Part shown: piece by piece, positions 29,271 to 39,181 of the stretch
Layout of the letters: each line of letters starts with the position of its first letter
Position numbering within the stretch: the stretch's first letter is position 1
IMG/VR virus record: IMGVR_UViG_3300042564_006100
Span: 39,828 to 103,827 of that record
Origin: a virus
Direction: 5' to 3' (one strand)
Length of the DNA: 64,000 bases
Translations under genes and position numbers: made by a program
The notes under the pieces: generated by a model
The model's input: the letters and a program-made list of their open reading frames with translations, nothing else
Databases searched by the model: none
Told to the model about the DNA's origin: nothing

Positions 29271-29945
29271 TCAATCGAAGCCGGATTTCCCCTTCACGTT
29301 GGCGAAGAAATAGAGCAGCCGTTTTTCCATGGAACGTGTCTGCACCCTGAGCGCGGCATTCACCCGCGCCCGCAGGCCGTTGACCTTGGCGGCCCACTCC
29401 ACCGCGTTGGTGATCGACGCGCTGATTTCGCCATCCTTCACCGTGATGTCGGTGCTTCCGGGCGCGGCGTGGCGAGACACCCAAGCGGGCACGCGGATCT
29501 TTCCAACGCTCTGCGCCGCCGTGGCCCATGCCGATGCCAGATAGCCGACCCGCGCCTTCTTTGCCTTGATCAACTCGGCGATCAACGCCTTTGGAGCCTT
29601 GAGCTTGGTGCCGCCCTTGGCCACGCGCATAGTCCCGCTCTTTCGCCGCGATTTGAGCACCGAGCGCATTTGCGCCAACGAATCCACATCCGCCCGCTTC
29701 GGATCGGACACCCCGCGAAACACGGCGCGGATGTCGCCGGTGATCGCCTGCTCACCCAGCTTCTTTGCCTTCACTCCGCGTGTGCTGCCACGGTTGGGCG
29801 GAGTGAAGTCCAAAAGGTGCCGGATGAAGCCGCGGACCTGTTCCTTCATGAACGTCTCGCCGTCGCGCTTCGAGTAAGCAGCGAGTCGGTCGGCGGCCCG
29901 CTGGAACTCATCGACATGCAGTTTGAATTTCACCTCATCACCCAT
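29271..29945 (-). CDS. Putative tail completion protein (HK97 gp10-like)
   Basis: Basic; ..FTPP, GYLASAW, ITNAVEWA. Confidence 0.55.
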   Translation of the reverse strand: MGDEVKFKLHVDEFQRAADRLAAYSKRDGETFMKEQVRGFIRHLLDFTPPNRGSTRGVKAKKLGEQAITGDIRAVFRGVSDPKRADVDSLAQMRSVLKSRRKSGTMRVAKGGTKLKAPKALIAELIKAKKARVGYLASAWATAAQSVGKIRVPAWVSRHAAPGSTDITVKDGEISASITNAVEWAAKVNGLRARVNAALRVQTRSMEKRLLYFFANVKGKSGFD

Positions 29946-30599
29946 CGTCATCGTCGCCATCGTCAACCATGCGGTCGATGAGTCCGATCAGATCGTCCGG
30001 CGCGAGTGCCTGCATCGACTCTTCGGTGGGTGGTTCAAGTGTCCAGAGATTGGCCGCTTGAAGCGAGCAATGGTAATACTGGAGGGCACGCGCCATCGGC
30101 AGCCGCCAGATGATGAAGTCCTCGCTCCAACCGGTGTCTTTGGCGATGGTGAACACCGCACTCGCAAGCCAGCCGGGGTTCAGGACTTTCCCGGCGCATC
30201 GTCCTCGCTGGAGGGATACTTGCTTTCGACGCGGACGCTGGATGCGGCAAGCATCGCGTTGATCCGGTTGATTTCCGCCATCAACCCCGGGAGCATGTCG
30301 AAGGTGACATTGAGAGAAAACTTGAGCACACACCGATCCACGGTGTCGTCCCGGACGGCGTCCGCGATGTCATCTTCATCCGCCGACTGCATCCATGCAA
30401 AGGCCATGATCTGCCGCTGCTCTTCCAAATCATCAAGCTCCAGCGGTGGATCATCCTTGCCACGGGTGAACATGGTGAGCTTGAGAAGATAGGCCAGTTG
30501 CATCGAGCCCATGGTGTAAGGACGAAGCTTGAGGTTGCCGATCCGGCGTTCCCCGCTGTCGATCATGCCGGTGGCAAGTTGAAGTTCGCGGTCGTTCAT
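29938..30599 (-). CDS. Tail assembly chaperone with -1 frameshift extension (gpG/gpGT-like); short form 30180-30599
   Basis: GGGAAAG slippery site (30186-30192) just before stop; -1 frame continues GKVLNPGW... to 29938. Confidence 0.8.
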
Positions 30600-30603
30600 G
30601 ATG

Positions 30604-31071
30604 TTAGAATTCGGAAAGGATTTGCTCGCGGGTGGCTTTCGATGCCTCGTCGGAACCGCTCGGCACGATGGCGATGCGCTTGCCTTTGCGGATGAGCAGC
30701 ATCGGGCGCATCGTCTTGACCTTGTCGAGCAGCCGGTTGTGCTGGTCGTTCATGGCCCGCAGATAGGCAATAGGGTGATTGGCGTTGGCCTCGCACCAGG
30801 CGAGCGATTCATAACGCTTGCGGAACTCATCGAATGTGATGCTTTCCGCGACCTCGATGGGTTCGAAGCTGAGTTTGGCCGCGCCGTCCATCAGCCAGGT
30901 GACGGTGCGCTTTGCGCCGTTGGGCGTCTGTTCGACCGTGTCGGAATACGCGGCTTCGGTGGCGAACATGCCGCCGCTTGAGAGTGCCGCAGCGACAAGC
31001 CGGGTGTTGCGGCTTTCGGTGGGTTTCGTGTCGTGATCGCGCACGACGCTGATGGTGGTTCCTTCTTTCAT
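30604..31071 (-). CDS. Hypothetical phage protein
   Basis: 155 aa in tail operon. Confidence 0.7.
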   Translation of the reverse strand: MKEGTTISVVRDHDTKPTESRNTRLVAAALSSGGMFATEAAYSDTVEQTPNGAKRTVTWLMDGAAKLSFEPIEVAESITFDEFRKRYESLAWCEANANHPIAYLRAMNDQHNRLLDKVKTMRPMLLIRKGKRIAIVPSGSDEASKATREQILSEF

Positions 31072-31106
31072 GGGTGATTTTCAGGTGATCGTTGAAAATG
31101 GATTTG

Positions 31107-31442
31107 TCATACCGCGCCTGCGGCGGGATGGTTCACTCCCGACAGTTCGAACGAGTTGTAATCCTCGTTGGTCTGGGAGTTCTTGACGGTGGTGATGATG
31201 GTGGTTCCGCCCGTGATCTGTTCAGGCACGTAGGCGGCGGAGGCTCCACCCAGCAGGGATTCATCAGCGACACCCCGGCCCTTGACGCTGAAACTGAAGG
31301 ATGGATCGTAGCGGTTGCCCGTCTCAAACGCACCGTCGTTCTTCTTGATGATCTTGTGTTCGAGCTGCTTCTGCACGTCCACGCTCTCCACCAGGGCGGC
31401 GGTGACGCACTTGACTCCGATTTCGTTGAACGCGGCGGGCAT
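31107..31442 (-). CDS. Putative tail tube protein 2
   Basis: Beta-rich 111 aa; paralog of next gene. Confidence 0.55.
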   Translation of the reverse strand: MPAAFNEIGVKCVTAALVESVDVQKQLEHKIIKKNDGAFETGNRYDPSFSFSVKGRGVADESLLGGASAAYVPEQITGGTTIITTVKNSQTNEDYNSFELSGVNHPAAGAV

Positions 31443-31456
31443 GGAAGTGATGGGTG

Positions 31457-31771
31457 TTAGATGTCGTCGTAGGCGACGGCCTGAATCTCGAAGCCTGGAA
31501 AGTCGTCGTTGCTTTCCGTCACCTTGACGGAGGTCACGAACGAGACGCCCTTGGTGATCGCCCCTGCGGCGACATCACCAAAATTCACGGTGCCTTTTCC
31601 GGATAGCGTGATGCTGCGGGTGATGAGCTTCTTCGGCTTCGCTACAACGGTCACGCCAAGCGAATCCCGCAGCGTAGCCACTTCGATGGATGAGTCCGCA
31701 GACGCTTCCTGGGCGTGGCCGGTTGCGGGCGCGAGTCCGTGCAGGTTGGTGACTCCGAAGGTGGCGGGCAT
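31457..31771 (-). CDS. Putative tail tube protein 1
   Basis: Shares IT.G....T.VK....N.D...FE with 31107-31442. Confidence 0.55.
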   Translation of the reverse strand: MPATFGVTNLHGLAPATGHAQEASADSSIEVATLRDSLGVTVVAKPKKLITRSITLSGKGTVNFGDVAAGAITKGVSFVTSVKVTESNDDFPGFEIQAVAYDDI

Positions 31772-31776
31772 GACTC

Positions 31777-32178
31777 TTACGGCGTGTTGTCAACCGGCGT
31801 CCAATCCACACCTAGAATCCCCTCGATGGTGGTGAGCCATCGATCATCGTCCGTCACGGCAGTCGAGTTGGCTTTCGTCCTGAAACCACCGATGGTGAAA
31901 CCATTCGCCGCTGGCAACACACCTTCCATGATGCTCTTCACCGTATGGGCGAGCGCGGCGTGTTGGGTCCGGTTGTCGGTGGGTGACGAGACGAGGATTT
32001 TCACCGTCGCTCGATGCAGTGGGCCGACCACGTTTTCAATCGAGTCTGCCAGCACGAGAATCGCGTGGGATTCGGGCGTGCGGATGTCGGCGGATGTGCC
32101 GGTGAAAACCTCGGGCGCGGGAACAAGCTGCGCGGAGGTGAAAAGGCCGGCCAGGTAATCTTCGATGGCTTGGTTCAT
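31777..32178 (-). CDS. Putative tail terminator
   Basis: 133 aa; position before tail tube. Confidence 0.55.
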   Translation of the reverse strand: MNQAIEDYLAGLFTSAQLVPAPEVFTGTSADIRTPESHAILVLADSIENVVGPLHRATVKILVSSPTDNRTQHAALAHTVKSIMEGVLPAANGFTIGGFRTKANSTAVTDDDRWLTTIEGILGVDWTPVDNTP

Positions 32179-32189
32179 GATGGTGATTT

Positions 32190-32498
32190 TCAGCGACGGG
32201 CCACCCGGTATTCGATGATGCCTGCGCCGGGTTTGCGGTTGATTTCCTCGATCTTGTGGCGGTCGCCGCCGATGAGGATCGTGTCGTTGTGGGCGGGCGG
32301 CGGAGTTGGCAGGTGTGCCACGAGCAACCTCACGGTGAGTGCGCCGTCTTGGGTGAAACCGCCTTCCTCAAGATCGACGGCCAGTCCGCTTGGCGAGACC
32401 ATCGCCTGATAGTCCTTGCCACCGATGGTCACTGGCACGCCAGCGTCACGCAGGATTTCAACGAAGGCTTCTGCAGCGGCGGCTTGGATCGCGTTCAC
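32190..32498 (-). CDS. Putative head closure protein (gpFII-like)
   Basis: 102 aa beta-rich, follows capsid. Confidence 0.6.
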   Translation of the reverse strand: MNAIQAAAAEAFVEILRDAGVPVTIGGKDYQAMVSPSGLAVDLEEGGFTQDGALTVRLLVAHLPTPPPAHNDTILIGGDRHKIEEINRKPGAGIIEYRVARR

Positions 32499-32525
32499 CC
32501 ACCGCGCACGGTGTCAATCGCGCTG

Positions 32526-32564
32526 AAAACAAAACACCCCCTCCCGGTTTCCCGAGAGAGGGTG
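32526..32564 (-). terminator. Intrinsic terminator after major capsid gene
   Basis: GAAA-loop hairpin followed by UUUUGUUUU. Confidence 0.8.
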
Positions 32565-32592
32565 ATGGATGCCAATCGAACTCCAAAGAAGC

Positions 32593-33489
32593 TTATGGTT
32601 TGACGATGCGCTTGAGGGCGTCGGTTTTCGCCGGGGCGAAGCCATAGAGGCATTCGAGGGTGACGAAGATCTTGTTGGCGCGGGTGTCGGTGAAGCGCAG
32701 GTAGCCGAAGGTCATGCCCGTAGTGGGATCGGTGACGGCACCGGCTTGCTGGTAGTCGGCCACCGGCTGAAGGTAGCGCATGGCCACCGCTACGGCGCTG
32801 GAGTGAGCGGCGAAACCAACGAGCTTTTCCGCGTGATCCGACGGGATGAGGGTCGTCTCATGGAGGTTGAATCCGGCAATCCGCTTGACCATGCCCTCGG
32901 TGACCGCTGGGGCGTTGAGGTTCAGGTTGAAACTCTTGGCCACCACATCGTCGGCGAGCATGTTGGTGTAGTAGCCGGCATCGAGCACCAGCGAACGCGG
33001 GTTGGGCGGCATCTTGGCATTGCCGCAGGCTTCGCGCAGGCTGAGCACCTTCTTGTAATCGAAGGCGGTGGCGGCGAGCGCGGCGATGCCCGGAGCGCCG
33101 AAGTTGGCGAGCGTGATGCAACTGAAGATGTCCACCAGCACATCCTGGGCAAGTTGTTGGGCGGCGGCTTCCACCAGGGCTTCGAGCGCGTTGAGCGAGG
33201 TCTCGGCGGATTCCCTGGCGGTGACGTGGACAGTCTTGTATTTGTGGCGGTTGAGCGTGACAGGAACCACGGTGACCGTGGAGTCGGCATTGGCCGAGTA
33301 GTCACCTGCGAAGTCGCTCGATTCACTGGGCGCGCCGACGAGCGGAACTCGCACGGTGTCGAGCTTGTCGGCGGGCTGCGGACTAAAATCGGTGGAGAAC
33401 GCCGTGACCGGCAGGAGGTTCGACATGAAGGGCATGAGCGCCCGTTGGGCGACCTTGATGTCTTTGACGTTGGTGAGGGTGTTGGACAT
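32593..33489 (-). CDS. Major capsid protein
   Basis: 298 aa after protease; DTVRVP and LECLYG, P22-coat-like pattern. Confidence 0.8.
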   Translation of the reverse strand: MSNTLTNVKDIKVAQRALMPFMSNLLPVTAFSTDFSPQPADKLDTVRVPLVGAPSESSDFAGDYSANADSTVTVVPVTLNRHKYKTVHVTARESAETSLNALEALVEAAAQQLAQDVLVDIFSCITLANFGAPGIAALAATAFDYKKVLSLREACGNAKMPPNPRSLVLDAGYYTNMLADDVVAKSFNLNLNAPAVTEGMVKRIAGFNLHETTLIPSDHAEKLVGFAAHSSAVAVAMRYLQPVADYQQAGAVTDPTTGMTFGYLRFTDTRANKIFVTLECLYGFAPAKTDALKRIVKP

Positions 33490-33498
33490 GGCTTTCTA

Positions 33499-34809
33499 TC
33501 AGGCTTGGTGTTTGAGGATGAGGGCTTGTTGTTCGGGAGTGAGCTTGCGCCAGAAGGCGGTCTGCTCTGCGGGATCGGTGATGGCGGCGAAACGCGCATG
33601 GAGGTCCGCAGCCTGGGAGGCATCTCCGGCAGGGGTCACTTGGGCGGGCATCGTGGTGCCGGTGGAGGCGACGACGCGGGCGACTTCGAGTTGCAGTTTG
33701 CGGTCGAAATCAGTTTGCGATGCTTCCAGATTGGTGATGCGTGATTGCATCGAGGTGACTTGCACCTTTGCGGCATCCCGCTCGGTGATGAGATTGGCGG
33801 CTTGGCTCTTCGCGTCATCGCGCTCCGCTTTCAGCGTGTCGATTTCGGCGGCAAGCAGCTCCACTTCGCCGCGCAGGGAATCGACGCTGGTCGATGCTTC
33901 GTTGAGCAGTTCGGTCTGGGCTTGGTGGTCCCGCTGGAGGTTCACTACCTGGGTGCGGGCTTCGGCGAGTTCGTCTTCGATGGTCTTCATCGACCGTGAT
34001 CCCGTGTCAACCGACGCGTGATAGACGCGCAGGCGGCGCATCGCGTCGGCGCGGTCGGGAACCATACCCGCGAGGTTGTGGCGCTGGGCCTGTTTGCCAC
34101 TGAAGGTCTGTCCTTCCATGGCCTCGGCAGGAATCGCACGGCCGCGGGAAAGCACAGCGTCGTGAAACTCAGCGGCGATTTCGGCGAGGTTCGATTGAAT
34201 CAACTCGCGCTGATCATCTGTTAGCGGAGTGCCGGGCGCACCCATCGCCTTGTATTTGCCGACGGAGAAGACCTCGACCTTGATGCCCGCTTTATCGAGG
34301 GCCGCGCTATTGTCGATCACCGCCTGCACGACGCCAATGGATCCGACCTGGGCGGAGGGCGTGGCGTAGATCGCGCGGGCCTGGCTGGCGATCCAATAGG
34401 CCGCCGAACACATCAAACCGGAAGAGAACGCATAGACTGGCTTGCTTCCATTCAAAGCCTTCACCGCCGCCGCGAGTTCCGGAGTGCCGGCCACGGTGCC
34501 GCCGGGTGAGTCGATGTTGAGAAACACCGCCTTGATGTCGTCGCGTTCCCCCGCTTCACGCAAAGCTTCACCGATGTCTTCGGAACTGGTCGCACCGAAG
34601 AAGATGCGTGCAAAGAGGTCGGGCTTGCGAAGGATCGGCCCTTCGATGGCAACCACGCCGATTCCATCCTCAATCGAAAGCAGCGGGCTTTCGGCTGCCT
34701 GTTTCGGAAGGAATCCACCGCGATCCACCAGTCCCCGCAAGGACGCGGCCATGGATTGCAGCGCTTCAGGTTGGATCAGCCACTCGCGATGTTGAATTAC
34801 CGGGTTCAC
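33499..34809 (-). CDS. S49 head maturation protease with C-terminal scaffold
   Basis: IDSPGG, MCSAAYWIAS, VGSIGV; coiled-coil tail. Confidence 0.9.
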   Translation of the reverse strand: MNPVIQHREWLIQPEALQSMAASLRGLVDRGGFLPKQAAESPLLSIEDGIGVVAIEGPILRKPDLFARIFFGATSSEDIGEALREAGERDDIKAVFLNIDSPGGTVAGTPELAAAVKALNGSKPVYAFSSGLMCSAAYWIASQARAIYATPSAQVGSIGVVQAVIDNSAALDKAGIKVEVFSVGKYKAMGAPGTPLTDDQRELIQSNLAEIAAEFHDAVLSRGRAIPAEAMEGQTFSGKQAQRHNLAGMVPDRADAMRRLRVYHASVDTGSRSMKTIEDELAEARTQVVNLQRDHQAQTELLNEASTSVDSLRGEVELLAAEIDTLKAERDDAKSQAANLITERDAAKVQVTSMQSRITNLEASQTDFDRKLQLEVARVVASTGTTMPAQVTPAGDASQAADLHARFAAITDPAEQTAFWRKLTPEQQALILKHQA

Positions 34810-34824
34810 GCCCGGATGTCGGTG

Positions 34825-36261
34825 TCAACGACCAGGCGGTGGCTCTTCCTGCTCCGGAAGAGTCACAGGCATGCCATTTGGTTTCCAGAGCATGTCCACC
34901 GGCACGCCGTACTTCGCCGCTGTATCCAGGATGAGCTTGGCATCGCTGGCGCGGCGTTCGATTTCCTCACCGAAGTCGGCACCCTGTTCATTGAAGTGAT
35001 CAGAGAGGGTTTTCAGGCCCATTTCCACGTCGGCACGGTTTTGTTGAGCCTCGCGTCCGGCGTCCACGGTCACGCGCTTGGGAGGAACTGAGCTGATCTT
35101 CCACCAGCCTGGCACCGGTGGGAGGAAGCCGCGGGCAATGGCATCGCCGATCACATAGGCCCAAACCGGTTTGATGAGGCGACTTTCGAGAATCATCTGG
35201 CGGAATGAGAAGCGGCGATCCGCCTTGGCGACGATCAATCTAACGCCCGCGCCTCCGACCTTGCTGGAATCCGCTGCAAACTCGAAGGGAATCATGCCGA
35301 GCGCGGAGTCACGCCGCAGGTGTTCCAGGAAACCGGTGAAGGTCGGCGATGGCCGATTCGACTGGAAGCTGTCGAGCGACTCGTCGGGTTTGAGCGCCAC
35401 CAGTTTGCCGCCTACAATGCGTTGCAACGAAACTGGGTCGCTGGAATCACTGCCGGCCGCGCCACCGACCACGAAGTCACCGTTGTCGTCTATCTCACCA
35501 CGAGCCGTCTTGAGGATGCGAGACACGTCGGCATTGTCCTTCACTGCGTGCTTTTCGAGAGCTAGCAATTCCATTTCATCGAGCACGTGATTGATCGAAT
35601 GCTGGATCGTCGGGTGAGACCGGACACCACCAGCCCACTCAGGCTCATGAATATGTAGAATCGACGCGGCTGGCAGATCACGGGTTTTGCCGTTGTCTTC
35701 CAATGTTCGATAGAAAACCGGTGCGCCCCACGCATCGAGGCCGACTCCGTCGATGGTTTCCTGTGAACCGAACTGGTCGCCTACGCGGTGGGATTCGATC
35801 AACTGGATGCGTGGTTCGCCTTGGGTGTCGCGGGTCTTGTGGATGAAATACTCGCCGTCGATGTCCATGCCGCGACAAACCAGGGCCTGGCATTCCTCGA
35901 ACGAAAACCGCCGCGTCACTTCACAGCGAGGCGACCACATCGCGAAATAGGCTTCTGCGGTACGGTTCCACTGAGGATCGGGTGATTGCGCCTGGACGCG
36001 AATGCCGTCGCCGGTCGAGTAAATCGCCATGTTGGCGACAAGCTCCCGCACGAAACCGCTGTTCTTGTGCATGTATCGCGACTTACGAACCAACTCCGTG
36101 CGGACGCCCGGCGTGAGTTCGTTGCGGGCGTCGGTTGGTGACGCGCCCGGCACACTCCCGCGACGAGGAGACCAGTTTACCGATTCGTATGGTGAGCCCC
36201 ATGCCTTCGGCACGAAAATAGGTGGCAAGAGCAGGTGCGCGATGTGCTTGAGGCGGTTCAT
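34825..36261 (-). CDS. Lambda-family portal protein
   Basis: RKSRYM.KNS, DGEYF, RIQLIE..RV, VD..RE. Confidence 0.9.
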   Translation of the reverse strand: MNRLKHIAHLLLPPIFVPKAWGSPYESVNWSPRRGSVPGASPTDARNELTPGVRTELVRKSRYMHKNSGFVRELVANMAIYSTGDGIRVQAQSPDPQWNRTAEAYFAMWSPRCEVTRRFSFEECQALVCRGMDIDGEYFIHKTRDTQGEPRIQLIESHRVGDQFGSQETIDGVGLDAWGAPVFYRTLEDNGKTRDLPAASILHIHEPEWAGGVRSHPTIQHSINHVLDEMELLALEKHAVKDNADVSRILKTARGEIDDNGDFVVGGAAGSDSSDPVSLQRIVGGKLVALKPDESLDSFQSNRPSPTFTGFLEHLRRDSALGMIPFEFAADSSKVGGAGVRLIVAKADRRFSFRQMILESRLIKPVWAYVIGDAIARGFLPPVPGWWKISSVPPKRVTVDAGREAQQNRADVEMGLKTLSDHFNEQGADFGEEIERRASDAKLILDTAAKYGVPVDMLWKPNGMPVTLPEQEEPPPGR

Positions 36262-36518
36262 TTCGGGAGATAGCCGGAGATGAAGGAAGCAGCGGCGATA
36301 CGGGGTTTGCCGTAGGTGGCAGGATCAAGCACGCGGAGCGCATGGCCGCATTCCTCAAGCACCTGATCGACCGGCATGGTGAACTGCTTCGATGCCGAGC
36401 TGCCCGCCTCGTTCCAGGTCATGAGGGTTTTGCCCTCGATCAGAAATTCCTTCGCCCGCTGCTGGATCGCGAGCACTTCGGAAATCGTGAAGCCGGTGAT
36501 GAAGAGTCCGCGGGCCAT
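36258..36518 (-). CDS. Putative head-tail joining protein (gpW-like)
   Basis: 86 aa immediately before portal. Confidence 0.55.
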   Translation of the reverse strand: MARGLFITGFTISEVLAIQQRAKEFLIEGKTLMTWNEAGSSASKQFTMPVDQVLEECGHALRVLDPATYGKPRIAAASFISGYLPK

Positions 36519-36521
36519 GGA

Positions 36522-36956
36522 TCAGTTGCCTTTCCAAGTGGCGTTGCGTCCCCGCGTGTCGATGTGGACGAAACCGGACGATGGATAGAGGCCGAGGCCG
36601 CCGATGAACTTGCCCGCCTTGCGCCATTCAAGCAGTCGGTCATAGACGCGCTGCGGGCTGATGCCGTCGAATGCGATGTCGAGAGCCTTGAATTCAAGAT
36701 GTTGGCTGAGCGGGGCACCGCCGACCGTCTTGTTGTAAGTCGGGGCGCGATACGAACTCAGGATGCGGCAGGGCTTGCCGAATGAATCGCGGAGATCGTC
36801 CACGATGCGAAGCGTCGGAACGATGTTCTTCCACAACCGCCTCGGCGGCGGGCTGTTCTTCACGCCGTTTCTCTCGCGGGCGAAGTAGCTGGTGAACTCG
36901 CCCGCGCCGAAGTGACGGAACCCCTGGGCCGCGAACCATTCATTGAACGAGTTCAT
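36522..36956 (-). CDS. Peptidase M15 endolysin
   Basis: SSYR...N..VGGA..SQH...ALDI, FVHIDTRG. Confidence 0.85.
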   Translation of the reverse strand: MNSFNEWFAAQGFRHFGAGEFTSYFARERNGVKNSPPPRRLWKNIVPTLRIVDDLRDSFGKPCRILSSYRAPTYNKTVGGAPLSQHLEFKALDIAFDGISPQRVYDRLLEWRKAGKFIGGLGLYPSSGFVHIDTRGRNATWKGN

Positions 36957-36959
36957 GGA

Positions 36960-37337
36960 TTACTTGGAGGTGCGGGGTTCCACGACGATTTCGACGCGAC
37001 CGTCCGGATGAACCCGGATGCGACCGTCCTTGTTGATGAATTCACCAGTGACCGCAGGGGGCGTGGCGCACGAGGCGAGGAACGGAACGGTCAGCACCGC
37101 CATGGCGAAGCAGAACAGGCCGACCTTGAACGATTTGTTGGGCTTGCCGTCGTCGAAGAGGTCGCCAAGAACGACAACCAGTTCCTTCAATGCCAGCGCG
37201 GCGGGACCAGCGATGAGTAGGTATTGCGCCTTGTCCGCGTCGAGCAGGTTGGCGATGCCCGAGAGGTCAATCGCGGCCATTGTGGTGAGACCGGAACCAA
37301 GGAAGGTGAGGAAGCGGAGGATAGTGACGGTTTTCAT
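36960..37337 (-). CDS. Membrane lysis protein (holin-like) with internal lipobox
   Basis: Three hydrophobic segments; third ends FLASC. Confidence 0.55.
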   Translation of the reverse strand: MKTVTILRFLTFLGSGLTTMAAIDLSGIANLLDADKAQYLLIAGPAALALKELVVVLGDLFDDGKPNKSFKVGLFCFAMAVLTVPFLASCATPPAVTGEFINKDGRIRVHPDGRVEIVVEPRTSK

Positions 37338-39154
37338 AACTCCCCGTCCGGGGTGTCAACCGGGGCAGCCGCGATGGACTCCCGTCCGACGATCTTGAGC
37401 ATGGTCGCGGCAGCGGCCTGTTCCGCTTCGCAGTCGAAGTAGTGGTTCGGTCGCGAGCCGATTTGCTTCCACATCCATTGGCCCTTTTCCTTGATGCGTT
37501 GCTCGCTTTCCATCTGTGCGAGGAAGTCGTCGTCGATGTCATCGGGCACTTCCCATGTTGGTCCCTGAGCAGGATCCTGATTGCGACGCAGACGGGCGAG
37601 AGTGTCCTTGATGTTGAGGTTGCTCCAATAGTGAACGTGGCAGTGTTGGCGATGCGACAACACCACCTTGCGCCGGGGCGAATAGAACCGCTGGACGGTT
37701 TTGCCATCGCGCCCCTTGTGGGCATAGACCGGACGGCGGTCGCCGATGAGCGCCACCCATCCTCGCTTGGCGCATTCGCGATAGACGTCGTAGGTCGCAT
37801 AGCCGGCGTCGAGGAAGACAAGACTCGGATGAACTTCGAAACGTTCCTGCAACACGTCGATGTCGGTGAAGGTCAGGATGCGCTCGTTCCACATCAGACG
37901 GCTCGATCCGTCCGCCGACCACGAGCGGACAACGACAAACAAGTGGTCCATCTGGCAGTCCACGGTGATGAATCGAAGCGGAATCAGGCCGGTGCGCTCG
38001 GGTAGCGGGGCGGCGAGAATTTTTCCGGTCTTCGGATCAATCGCGCCTTCCTCTTCCCACGTCTCGCCGCGCTTGTAGCCGGACTTGACGATTTCGAGTT
38101 TGTAATCCTCGACGTACTCGCGCCACGGCAGGCCAAGGCGCTTCTGATAGAACTGTTGCAGCAAGGAAACGTCACCCTTCCGCGCCGCCGCCTTCGCCCG
38201 CAGGTAGAGTTCGGCCAACTGCCCCCAGCTCATCGCGCACAGGGCGTTCCAGTGGAATCCGACGTTTTCTTTCGAGGCTTTCGGATTCTTGGCGACGAAA
38301 GCACCGGTGGAGTTGAGTTCTCGGCGGGTGCGCTCGCCATCGTTGAAGTAGTGGTTGCAAGATTCGCAGCGCATGGCGGCAGTGCGCCTAACTTCATCAA
38401 AATCCCAGTCGCCGGATTCATCGCGGGCAGACTTGCACCACTCGACGCACTCCCACTTGAACGGCTGACGGTGATGGCACTCGGGACAGGCGAACGTCCA
38501 TTCACGCTGGTCGGTCATCTCGAACTTGCGGTGGGTGTCGTCGTCTTCCTCGCCGCCCTGACTCATGAAGATGCACTTGCCCAGCCAGCCGAAGGCGGTG
38601 ACGCGGGCCTCGGCCTCCGCCATGTGCCCCTGTGGCCAGCGCCAGGTTTCATCACCGATCAACCAGCGGATCGAACGGCGCTGGAGGTTGGTCTTGTTGT
38701 GCGCCCCGAGAATCCAGAGCGTCATGCCGTTGGTAAACTGGATCGCGTTATTCTTGCGCTTGTGGCGGTGAACGCCGGTGGGCATGAGCCGTGCGACCGG
38801 CTCGCACTGGTCGAAGAGCTTCTGCAGGCGCGACTCGGAATAATCGCGGGCATCCTCGTCAGTTTGGTCGAGCCAAAGTGCGGGTCCCGGCAGGTTGGAA
38901 ATGATGTAGCAGAGCGTCAGCTCGGGAGCGGTGGTCTTCGATGACTGCACCGACGCAATGATCGAGACCAGGCGAATGCGCGGATCGACCAATGATTCCA
39001 TGACCTCGCGAATCCATGGCGAGTTCTCCGACCGGAAGCGTCCGGGATTGGGCGAATAGGGAATGGCCTCGATGTGATCCTCACACCATTGCCAAGCGGG
39101 GCGACGGTCAGGCGGTTGCCACGCCTCGCGCCAGATTTCCTTGAGGACACTCAT
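37334..39154 (-). CDS. Terminase large subunit, GpA family
   Basis: PPDR....W, SVQSSKT, RSIRWLIGDE, CPEC/CESC, ITVDCQ, NHYFDC. Confidence 0.92.
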   Translation of the reverse strand: MSVLKEIWREAWQPPDRRPAWQWCEDHIEAIPYSPNPGRFRSENSPWIREVMESLVDPRIRLVSIIASVQSSKTTAPELTLCYIISNLPGPALWLDQTDEDARDYSESRLQKLFDQCEPVARLMPTGVHRHKRKNNAIQFTNGMTLWILGAHNKTNLQRRSIRWLIGDETWRWPQGHMAEAEARVTAFGWLGKCIFMSQGGEEDDDTHRKFEMTDQREWTFACPECHHRQPFKWECVEWCKSARDESGDWDFDEVRRTAAMRCESCNHYFNDGERTRRELNSTGAFVAKNPKASKENVGFHWNALCAMSWGQLAELYLRAKAAARKGDVSLLQQFYQKRLGLPWREYVEDYKLEIVKSGYKRGETWEEEGAIDPKTGKILAAPLPERTGLIPLRFITVDCQMDHLFVVVRSWSADGSSRLMWNERILTFTDIDVLQERFEVHPSLVFLDAGYATYDVYRECAKRGWVALIGDRRPVYAHKGRDGKTVQRFYSPRRKVVLSHRQHCHVHYWSNLNIKDTLARLRRNQDPAQGPTWEVPDDIDDDFLAQMESEQRIKEKGQWMWKQIGSRPNHYFDCEAEQAAAATMLKIVGRESIAAAPVDTPDGEL

Positions 39155-39181
39155 GCCCTTGTCGCCAACGTCAACACCCCA

